Shown here one piece after another: positions 46,459 through 54,900 of a DNA stretch of 64,000 bases. The notes under the pieces were generated by a model that saw only the letters and a list, made by a program, of their open reading frames with translations, had not been told where the DNA came from and did not search any database. Both the position numbers and the translations under genes were made by a program. Each line of letters begins with the position of its first letter. Positions within the stretch are counted from its first letter, which is position 1. Source of the stretch: an uncultured Bacteroidales bacterium (lineage in GTDB: Bacteria; Bacteroidota; Bacteroidia; Bacteroidales; JAIPAH01). The stretch spans positions 54,924-118,923 of the forward strand of contig CAYXJS010000001.1 in assembly GCA_964465045.1 (NCBI GenBank). The letters are read 5' to 3'.

Positions 46459-47339
46459 GATGCATTATTTGGCACATAATTTTCGGCACTTTGGCAAACT
46501 TTTGCAGCAGTTGCAATCCCTTTGGATATGGCCTGATGCCAGAAACCAAGTGATTTTTCATGCAACTGCTCTCGCAGTAGCTTTTCCTCTGTAAGCGCCC
46601 GAATAAACCCGGCATTAAAAGCATCGCCGGCTCCGGTGGTGTTTACCGGCTCAATTGTTTTCACCGGAATTTTAAGTTTCTCCCCCCGATGCATAAAAAC
46701 TACCGGTTGGTTCCCTCGTGTCATAACCATGAATTTTTCAGGAAATCTTTCGCAGACTTCTCCGGCATTCATCCCTAATGCTGCGGAATCTTCATCTGAG
46801 AATTTTACGATATCAGCCTGCGCTATTCGCTGCATGGCTTTATCATACGCCCCTTCAAACTGAAAAGCACATTTCTTTCGGATATTAGGATCATAAACCT
46901 GAATTGACTCCGCTTTTTGGGCAGATTCAATCCAGGCATCCACCTCCGCAGAAGTTTTAGGATGAATAGCGAAAGACGATCCATAAAGCAAAATATCTTC
47001 CTGTTTCAACGGGGACAGCAAAACCTGTTCAGCCGGTTTAGTTTCACCGTAAAAGGTATAAACCGGCTTTTTGGCTTCGTTAAGGAATGCAACAGCCAAA
47101 GAGGTTTGCTGAGACCTAGATGTTTGTATATAACCCGTGCCAACATGATTCTTCTTCAAGAATCGTAAAATCATGTCGCCCAGCGGGTCTTGACCCAACG
47201 TTGTTACCAGTTGCACATCAGCGCCTAAACGACCGAGAGAAACAGCTATGTTAAGCATAGAGCCGCCCGGAGCTCCACCAGTAAGGCGGTCATCCTCAAA
47301 AAAAATATCATAGTTGTTATTGCCAATGCAGTATACCAT
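46455..47339 (-). CDS. PfkB-family carbohydrate kinase (fructokinase-like)
   Basis: GGAPGGSMLNIAVSLGRLG N-terminus and TTGAGDAFNAG C-terminal motif. Confidence 0.85.
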   Translation of the reverse strand: MVYCIGNNNYDIFFEDDRLTGGAPGGSMLNIAVSLGRLGADVQLVTTLGQDPLGDMILRFLKKNHVGTGYIQTSRSQQTSLAVAFLNEAKKPVYTFYGETKPAEQVLLSPLKQEDILLYGSSFAIHPKTSAEVDAWIESAQKAESIQVYDPNIRKKCAFQFEGAYDKAMQRIAQADIVKFSDEDSAALGMNAGEVCERFPEKFMVMTRGNQPVVFMHRGEKLKIPVKTIEPVNTTGAGDAFNAGFIRALTEEKLLREQLHEKSLGFWHQAISKGIATAAKVCQSAENYVPNNAS

Positions 47340-47342
47340 GCT

Positions 47343-47951
47343 TTATATGTCGTAATCCAGGTCTAATTTGTCTTTAAGTAACTTCAATACCGGATTTTTT
47401 TTGGCAAGATATTCAAATTTATCCTTGTTTGTATACGGCCTGCTATCAATCATGCTTTTTTCTTTTGCAATTTTTACGGTTAAATCAACCACCTTGTTTT
47501 TGAGTCTCGTCCTCAGAGCGCCCAGGATATGTCTTTTATTGGAATTGATTTCCCCGTATTCCAGCTTATTGCTCACATAAAACGTAATGAAATGATTCTT
47601 TTCATCCAGCTCAAGCTTTCCGGATTTCATGGCGGCAAACAGCGATCCTGCCCCCCGTGTCATCGCCATCATTATCGCTTCCCATACTTCCTGAAGCTCT
47701 TCCAGGGTAAGCTCACGTGCATTTTTATAATCTTCATCCGTAAGCTGGTTCAACGGATGAATTCCATCCTCGGCTTCTTCATTTTTACCGGCGACATTTT
47801 GAAACGAATTTTTACCCAATTCATTTCCTGAAACCGGCTTTGATGTGGTTCTTACTGCTTTCCTGGTTTCTTTCTGGAATTGATCACTAATCGACTTTTG
47901 TGCGGGCGCTTTGGCTTTCTTTTCAAGAAACGGGGGCGCTATGATGCTGAC
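47343..47951 (-). CDS. dnaX: dnaX -1-frame continuation: tau-specific C-terminal 202 aa, with no independent ATG
   Basis: The frame is open from G47951 (VSIIAPPFLEKKAKAPAQKS...) into tracked ORF 47343..47819, which 'starts' at an internal TTG. It is reached from the dnaX 0 frame by a -1 shift at the A9 tract. Confidence 0.7.
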   Translation of the reverse strand, partial: VSIIAPPFLEKKAKAPAQKSISDQFQKETRKAVRTTSKPVSGNELGKNSFQNVAGKNEEAEDGIHPLNQLTDEDYKNARELTLEELQEVWEAIMMAMTRGAGSLFAAMKSGKLELDEKNHFITFYVSNKLEYGEINSNKRHILGALRTRLKNKVVDLTVKIAKEKSMIDSRPYTNKDKFEYLAKKNPVLKLLKDKLDLDYDI

Positions 47952-49069
47952 TTTTTTTTTAAATCACTACCTGTTTGGGATGTTATCGAACAGATTTGCA
48001 ACAGCGAAATCTCAGTATGCAGCCGTTTATTGTTGCTGCCTTTATAGTCGATATCAGCACGGCTCACAACATCAAGTGCTGTTGTGAGAAATGCCATATC
48101 GCAGTTTTTAGTTTGCTCACGATATCTTTCCCGGATGTTCTCTCCTACTTCAAGCAAATCTACGGTTCCGTCATCCTTGCTTACCAGCAAATTTCTCAGG
48201 TGGTCGCCAAGTCCGGTAATGAAATGATGGCTGTCAAATCCTGCATCAATAATTTCATTCAAAGTATTCAGTGCTGCGGAAGTATCATTTTTTAAAGCAC
48301 TATCTATTAACCGAAAATAATAATCGTAATCCAATACATTCAGATTATCAATCACATCCTGATAAGTAAATGTTTTTCCAGCAAAACTAACAATCTGGTC
48401 AAAAATAGAGAATGCATCGCGTAAAGCGCCATCGGCTTTTTGTGCGATGATTTGCAGCCCGTCTGTTTCTGCGTTTACATTTTCTCGTTCGCTTACGCTT
48501 TGAAGATGAGCTACAATATCTTTTACTTGTATTCTTTTGAAGTCAAAAATCTGGCAGCGAGACAGAATAGTAGGGATAATCTTGTGTTTCTCCGTAGTAG
48601 CCAGGATAAACTTTGCATATGAGGGAGGTTCTTCCAGGGTTTTGAGAAAGGCGTTAAAGGCCTGCTGAGACAACATATGCACCTCATCAATAATGTAGAC
48701 TTTATATTTTCCGTCTTGTGGCGGGATACGAACCTGGTCTACAAGGCTGCGGATATCATCTACAGAATTATTTGAAGCCGCATCTAATTCATGGATATTG
48801 AAAGAAGTATTCTCTTTAAAGCGCTTACAGGAATCGCATTCATTACACGCCTCTCCCTCTTCTGTGATAGCCTGGCAATTAATGGTCTGAGCCATTATCC
48901 TTGCACAGGTGGTTTTCCCCACACCACGCGGACCGCAAAACAAAAACGACTGTGCCAACTGATCGTTTTTGATGGCATTTTTTAGTGTAACAGTAATGGC
49001 TTCCTGCCCTACAACCTCTTTAAAACTTGTCGGCCGGTATTTCCGGGCCGAAACAACATAATTATCCAT
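47939..49069 (-). CDS. dnaX: DNA polymerase III subunit gamma/tau, 0-frame product (376 aa, domains I-III, gamma-like)
   Basis: RKYRPTSFKEVVGQE, Walker A GPRGVGKTT, Zn module CNECDSC, DEVHML, SRC motif LSRCQ. Confidence 0.9.
   Translation of the reverse strand: MDNYVVSARKYRPTSFKEVVGQEAITVTLKNAIKNDQLAQSFLFCGPRGVGKTTCARIMAQTINCQAITEEGEACNECDSCKRFKENTSFNIHELDAASNNSVDDIRSLVDQVRIPPQDGKYKVYIIDEVHMLSQQAFNAFLKTLEEPPSYAKFILATTEKHKIIPTILSRCQIFDFKRIQVKDIVAHLQSVSERENVNAETDGLQIIAQKADGALRDAFSIFDQIVSFAGKTFTYQDVIDNLNVLDYDYYFRLIDSALKNDTSAALNTLNEIIDAGFDSHHFITGLGDHLRNLLVSKDDGTVDLLEVGENIRERYREQTKNCDMAFLTTALDVVSRADIDYKGSNNKRLHTEISLLQICSITSQTGSDLKKKSAS
47951..47960 (-). other. Recoding or error-prone site: A9 tract containing an A_AAA_AAG heptamer in dnaX
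   Basis: The minus strand reads GAT TTA AAA AAA AAG TCA GCA TCA TAG. The heptamer is in the same phase as the E. coli dnaX slippery site, and the A9 length equals the T. thermophilus dnaX slippage tract. Confidence 0.6.
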
Positions 49070-49087
49070 ATCGCTGATATTTCATGT

Positions 49088-49095
49088 CAAAATTA
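49088..49095 (-). promoter_or_regulatory. -7 promoter box (TAATTTTG on the minus strand) for dnaX
   Basis: Exact TAnnTTTG match, 18 nt upstream of ATG 49069. Confidence 0.4.
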
Positions 49096-49136
49096 TAAAA
49101 ACTTTTGGAAGCAAAAACGCCATTGGAAAATCCATA

Positions 49137-51488
49137 TTAAAAGGGATATCCGATTCCGAAGTTCCATACCAAGTCTTTAACCTTCATATCAAAGACCGAC
49201 CTCCAGCGATTTCCCGGCTCCTTGTCGGGCATCCTGACAGGCATAGCGGCATCGATCCTGATTATAAAAAACTGTAAATCTACTCTGAACCCCAGACCGG
49301 CATCCAGCGCCATCTGATTCAAAAACCTATCAGCCGTAAAATGACCGTCAGGATAGCTGTTGCTTTCATCAAGCAGCCAAATATTTCCTGCATCCATAAA
49401 TAAGGCCCCATTAAGATAGCTGTATATTGGGAAACGATATTCTGTGCTGAATTCCAGCAAAATATCACCAATCCGATCATAACTGGCCTGCTCCAAATCG
49501 CTGTATCCACCCGGCCCCAGTGATCGCACCTCCCAACCGCGCAATCCGTTAGCTCCCCCCGCATAAAACCCTTTCTCAAACGGCAATGCATCAGAGTTAC
49601 CGTAGGGTAAACCAATGCCCATCATAGACCGGAATACAAGTGTATTTCCCTTGTCCAGATAATGGTAGTAACGAAAATCAAAATCGGTTCTCAAAAACTG
49701 TGCAAATCGGATGTTGAACAAAGTAGAATAGTTATCTTGCTGCTCACCCAGTCCGGTATTCCTGTTCAGGAAGTTCAACAGCAAACCGGATGTTTCAATA
49801 TTTGCACGTAAAAAGAAAAAATCCTGATTTTTGCTTACGTTCTGCGTATTCCATATAAACGAGTATTTCATGGAAGCAATCAGGTGGTCGGTATATTGTT
49901 CCTGATATTTCTGGTCCAATTGAGAAAGTCGTTCCTGGAATCCTGGTTCAGTAAAGATTTTTATCGCATTGAGATCTATTGGCGACAGGATATGCCTTTT
50001 TGCTTTCGATTGCCGCCATCGATAGCCCAAAGAAACGTTCGCCAGATAGCGTGTGTAGTCAGTTCGTCTTTGATAATTGTAACCTCCGCGTATGTTAGTT
50101 GTCGGATGATAATCCCTGGAAAAGAATTCCGGGGCTACCGGCAATAAAAATTTTGGCAGGTTCAGGTTAATATCTGCTCCGCCTTCAATGGTATTAAAAA
50201 ATAAGAAACCATCATCCCGGGCCGGTGATGTATTAGATTGGGCCTCCAGTGCACCACTAAGGCTCAAATCTAAGACCTCTCCTCCTCTAAAAATATTTTT
50301 GTTCTGGTAAACCAAGCGTGCTGCAATCCCGGGACGCCCGGCCATATTTGTACCCTCCGTTTCCGCACTTACAGAATGAATATCCATACGATTGATGCGG
50401 ATTTTGCAATCAAGAAATCCCAGGGTATCACTATCGCTTTTGCTATCATTTTCAGGAAAATCCATGCTAACAAACTGCGTAATGTTAAGCCCGGCGAGCC
50501 CATCATAGGTTTTCTGCACCTGCCTGAAATCATAATATCTGTTGTTCTTTAGTGATATCCGCCTGGCGTAGGTCTTCGGCTTCACACGTATCGGTTTATT
50601 ATGAACAAATTTCAGGGTTGTACTATCCGAGGCCTTTTTGTTTTTTCGATAATGTATCACCAACGTATCCGTCTCTGATTCATCAGAAAAGATCGTTTGA
50701 TCGGGATTGATAATGATATCATCAATTTTGAATCGTTTGTGTGGTCTGATCAAATCGGCTGTATCAGGACGTGAAGTAATTTTCCGGGGCAAAAGGTCCA
50801 TGTATAAATCTACTTGATTACTGCTCAGAGCGCTATCTACCCTGTAACGAACAAAGTCTTTGCTGAACCGGTAATATCCCTTTTCCCGGAGCCGTTGTGT
50901 TATCCTCCCCCGCTCCTTGTCAAGGATATCCACATCATAGACATCTTCCTCTTTAATCAACGCCTGAGCTGTATCTGCCAAAACAAATGGCCTCAATGTA
51001 GAATCTCTGAAAACGTATTCAATATTACGTATTCGATAAGGATTACCGGTTTTTACGTAATAGGTTACACGGGCTTTATCTCTATCATCCACTTGATGAT
51101 CAACGTTAGCATTAAAATACCCCTTTGAGAACAGCCACTCTTCCATTTGCGATGCCGAGGCAATAGCAAGCGATTTATCAAAATAAACCGGTGACTCAGC
51201 AAAATTTCGCATCATCCATTGGTTAACCTTGCCGGGATCCTCTTTATCAAGCTTCTCGTAAAGCCAGGGCTTAAACCAAAAGACCCCCAATATCCGGGAG
51301 TTGGATTCTTGCTGAATAAACCCCGACAGCGTGCTTTTATCAACTTTTTTGGCTCCCTCTACCTGCACCTCATTGTCCATTAAAAGCGGCCTTTCATTAA
51401 GCCGTTTAGAAGGCATACATCCACTCATAACCACAACAACAAATATTGCTGCAAATAAGAATAAGCGTGTAAAATGATACGTTTTCAT
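49137..51488 (-). CDS. Omp85-family outer-membrane protein with a lipoprotein signal (TamL-like BamA/TamA homolog)
   Basis: Lipobox VVVMSGC, POTRA-like region, C-terminal barrel ending in ...NFGIGYPF. Confidence 0.7.
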   Translation of the reverse strand: MKTYHFTRLFLFAAIFVVVVMSGCMPSKRLNERPLLMDNEVQVEGAKKVDKSTLSGFIQQESNSRILGVFWFKPWLYEKLDKEDPGKVNQWMMRNFAESPVYFDKSLAIASASQMEEWLFSKGYFNANVDHQVDDRDKARVTYYVKTGNPYRIRNIEYVFRDSTLRPFVLADTAQALIKEEDVYDVDILDKERGRITQRLREKGYYRFSKDFVRYRVDSALSSNQVDLYMDLLPRKITSRPDTADLIRPHKRFKIDDIIINPDQTIFSDESETDTLVIHYRKNKKASDSTTLKFVHNKPIRVKPKTYARRISLKNNRYYDFRQVQKTYDGLAGLNITQFVSMDFPENDSKSDSDTLGFLDCKIRINRMDIHSVSAETEGTNMAGRPGIAARLVYQNKNIFRGGEVLDLSLSGALEAQSNTSPARDDGFLFFNTIEGGADINLNLPKFLLPVAPEFFSRDYHPTTNIRGGYNYQRRTDYTRYLANVSLGYRWRQSKAKRHILSPIDLNAIKIFTEPGFQERLSQLDQKYQEQYTDHLIASMKYSFIWNTQNVSKNQDFFFLRANIETSGLLLNFLNRNTGLGEQQDNYSTLFNIRFAQFLRTDFDFRYYHYLDKGNTLVFRSMMGIGLPYGNSDALPFEKGFYAGGANGLRGWEVRSLGPGGYSDLEQASYDRIGDILLEFSTEYRFPIYSYLNGALFMDAGNIWLLDESNSYPDGHFTADRFLNQMALDAGLGFRVDLQFFIIRIDAAMPVRMPDKEPGNRWRSVFDMKVKDLVWNFGIGYPF

Positions 51489-51496
51489 GCTGAGTG

Positions 51497-51504
51497 CAAA
51501 AATA
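51497..51504 (-). promoter_or_regulatory. -7 promoter box (TATTTTTG on the minus strand) for the TamL-like gene
   Basis: Exact TAnnTTTG match, 8 nt upstream of ATG 51488. Confidence 0.4.
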
Positions 51505-51654
51505 GTTAATATTCCTCCTTTTAGGCTGTTTACTAATAAAATTTTAGAACCTTGATGAACAGCTGATCGTAAAACCCAACCTTAAACAACTTGCGATACC
51601 AAAAGAAAAATTCAATTTTTTTAAACCTCCTCTTGGAAGTAATTTTTTTTGCTG

Positions 51655-51662
51655 TATATTTG
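51655..51662 (+). promoter_or_regulatory. -7 promoter box TATATTTG for tRNA-Val
   Basis: Exact TAnnTTTG match, 73 nt upstream of the tRNA 5' end. Confidence 0.4.
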
Positions 51663-51735
51663 CAACCGCATTTGCAGGATGGCAGCGAAATAAAGCGTTA
51701 CAGTGTCATCAGGCGTTCTAAAAGATTTTTATCAC

Positions 51736-51810
51736 GGGTGATTAGCTCAGTTGGTTCAGAGCATCTGCCTTACAAGCAGAGGGTCGCTAGTTCGAATCTA
51801 GCATCACCCA
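51736..51810 (+). tRNA. tRNA-Val (anticodon TAC); CCA encoded at 51811..51813
   Basis: Hand-folded cloverleaf: acceptor GGGTGAT/ATCACCC, D arm GCTC/GAGC, anticodon arm TCTGC-CTTACAA-GCAGA (TAC at 51771..51773), T arm GCTAG-TTCGAAT-CTAGC. Confidence 0.9.
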
Positions 51811-51818
51811 CCATCAAT

Positions 51819-51843
51819 AGGCCGGAATGATTCCGGCCTTTTT
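51819..51843 (+). terminator. Intrinsic terminator after tRNA-Val
   Basis: AGGCCGGAA / TTCCGGCCT perfect 9-bp stem, TGA loop, T-run. Confidence 0.75.
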
Positions 51844-51951
51844 AATTTGCATCACCTGGTATTTTTACAATCTCTTTCAAAAAAATGCTGCTGCCGGTTT
51901 TATTATTCAGCATTTTTCAGGATATTTACTCCCAAATCAAATACCAATCAG

Positions 51952-54900
51952 ATGAAATCTTTAAAATTCCTGCCAATTTTAGTTCTGTCCTTCATTGTGA
52001 TAAATAGCTGTGAATTCAAAAAAGAAAAAACTGAAGCTCCTGACAGCGGTTTTTCAAATTATATCTCAGGATTTACTTCCGGTGTAATCTCCTCTGATTC
52101 TGAAATAAAGATCATTTTTAATAAAGATCTGAATAAAGACCAAAAAGAAAAAGCCGAAGACCTTTTCAAAATAAAGCCTGATGTGAAAGGAAATATTTCC
52201 TTTCCGGATGATTACACGCTTGTTTTCCGGCCCGCTGAACCTTTTCCTCATGATAAACGATTGAAAGTCAATTTCAGGTTGGGATCACTATTGGGAGTTC
52301 CGGACTCATATGAAACCTTTGCTTTTGAAGTACAGACAGCAAAGCAACAATACACTGTTGATATTGAAGGGATTGAAGCTTATGACATTTATCAGCTCAG
52401 TGCGCAAATGCTGAAAGGAAAAATTACCACCGCTGATTTTGTTCAAGCATCCGATTTAAGTGAATTTCTGATTGCTGAGCAAACCGACAGATCTTTGCCT
52501 GTAAGCTGGACTTCCACCGCTGACGGAAGAACACATTATTTTACGATAGATTCGGTGAAAAGGAAAAAAGCAAGCACCTCAGTAAAAATGGAATTCCAGG
52601 GAAAAGCCATTGATGCAGAAAAGAAGATCAGCAAAATCTATGATGTGCCACCCCTGGATTTATTTAAGGTCATGCAGGTATCAGTTATTCAGGAGCCAGA
52701 CCAGCACATTCTGGTCAAATTTTCGGACCCACTGAATACCGGTCAGGATTTGCGGGGGCTGGTCAGAATAGACAGTGACGAGCCGATGCGCTTTGCTGTT
52801 TCGGGAAATCAATTAAAAATCTTTCCGGAAAACAGGTTGCAGGAAGACTACCGTCTTCAAATCGATAGAGCATTGCAAAATACCATGGGATACACTTTGG
52901 ACGCCCGCTATCAGTCTACTGTTACATTTAAAACTCTTGCTCCGCAGGTAGCCTTTACGGGAAAGGGAAATATCCTGCCTTCTTCACAAAACCTGACGCT
53001 GCCTTTCAAGGCAGTAAGCCTGAAGGCTGTAAATGTGCGTATCATCAGGATTTTTGAAGACAATGTTTTTCAGTTTTTTCAGGTCAATTCCTATGATGGG
53101 GACAAGCAACTAAAACGCGTGGGCAGAATTGTCTATCAGGGAAATATGTCTCTTGACGATCAGGTTGCAACCAATTTAACCAAATGGAATACGTATCGCT
53201 TAGACCTTTCTGATTTTATTGAATCGGAACCCGGCGCCATTTACCAGGTGCAGCTCAATTTCAACCGCTCTCAGTCTTTGTACAATTGTCCCGAAGACAA
53301 TAAAACACATACGGAAAATGTGAGCGCTGGTCTTAGTCTTACCAAAGAAAATAAAAACGACACGAAATATTGGAGCTGGAATGGTTTTAATCATGTGGAT
53401 TATAATGAGCCTTACGACTGGAAAAATCGCGATAACCCATGCAGTAACTCCTATTATATGCACTATAACCGAGCTGTCTCCAAAAATGTACTGGCTTCTA
53501 ACTTTGGCATTATTGCAAAACAGGGGGAAACAGAAAACCTACAAGTCCATATCCGCGATATAAACACAACCGACCCTGTTCCTGGCGTTGATGTTCAGGT
53601 ATTTAATTTTCAGAAACGCCCGGTTGGAAAAGCCACAACCAATGGAAACGGAGAGGCTGTCATTCAACTTGACGGAAAAGGCTTTTTTGTATTGGCTAAA
53701 AAACAAAATGAGTTTGGTTATTTACGCATTGACGACGGCTCTTCGCTTTCTACCAGCATGTTTGATGTGGGTGGCGCTACGGCTGAAAAAGGGATAAAAG
53801 GTTTTTTGTATGGCGAAAGAAATGTATGGCGTCCCGGCGATTCGCTGTTTATAAGCCTGATGCTGGAAGATGCAAACCAGGTTCTGCCTTCTGAACTCCC
53901 CTTAACTTTTGAACTCACCGATCCCAGAGGACGGCTCGTTTCCCATAAAACAATAAAAACCGGAAATCAAAATTTATTTGTATTCCGTGACAAAACCGCT
54001 GAAGATGCGATGACCGGAAAATACACCTTACAGGCTGATTTGGGAGGAATCAGGTTCTCTGAGCCTATCCGGATTGAAACCATCAAACCCAACCGGCTTA
54101 AGATTGACCTGGATTTCGAAAAACCATTTATCAGGCATGACAATACAAAACCCGAAGGGACTCTTACAGTAAAATGGCTTCATGGAGCGCCCGCCTCAAA
54201 CATTAAAGCCGATGCAGAAATGAAACTGACACCCGCCAAAACGACTTTTAACACATACGAAAACTACACCTTTACCGATCCTACGAAAAAACTTCGTTCT
54301 GGTGAGGAAATAGTTTTTGACGGGAAGTTAAACCAGGAGGGGACAGCGAAAATAAGTCCCGATATAGCCACTGATAAGCAAGCCCCGGGGTTTTTATCTG
54401 CCCGCTTCAGTATTCGGGCTTTTGAGCAGTCAGGTGAATTCAGCCGTACTGTTTCGCAAATTAAATACTCTCCCTATAATCATTATGCAGGCTTGAAAGT
54501 ACCTGAAGGCGATGGGTGGAATGGCGCCCTGAGCTCAGTGAAAAAACACGACATCCCCATTGTTTCTCTCAGCGAAGATGGCAATAAAGCCGATCGGAAA
54601 ATCATGATTCTGGTATACAAAATCAACTGGGAATGGTGGTGGGAAAACCGTAATAATAATGATCTGTCAAAATTCGTTTCGAACCGTCATGGCGAATTAG
54701 TTGAAGCAACTACCATAAACACCGTTAACGGAGAGGGAAGCTACACACTGGATTTATCCGGGCGATATTGGGGACGGCTTTTAATCCGTATTACCGATAC
54801 CGAAAGCGGCCACAGTTCAGGTGAATTGGTAATGATGGACTATCCCGGATGGTGGGAGAACAAACAAGACCAGGCTCCCGGCGGAGCTGAAATGCTTACC

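Noticed and set aside
47343-47819. Treating ORF 47343..47819 as an independent 158-aa gene
   Set aside because: Its 'start' is an internal TTG with no promoter or RBS. The frame is open a further 132 nt upstream, back to the dnaX A9 tract, and the sequence looks like a tau linker and C-terminal domain. It is interpreted as the dnaX -1-frame continuation.
51591-51830. 79-aa plus-strand ORF
   Set aside because: It overlaps the tRNA-Val gene and its terminator, and there is no coding evidence.
51847-51951. N-terminal extensions of tracked ORFs (A2M 51847, FISUMP 5448, e(P4) 9500, DUF5103-like 44490, rsfS 20605, apbE 37981, cdsA 23388)
   Set aside because: In each case an internal ATG or GTG is immediately followed by a signal peptide, lipobox or conserved N-terminus. 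In addition, the extension either starts at TTG, overlaps a -7 promoter box, or overlaps the preceding gene.
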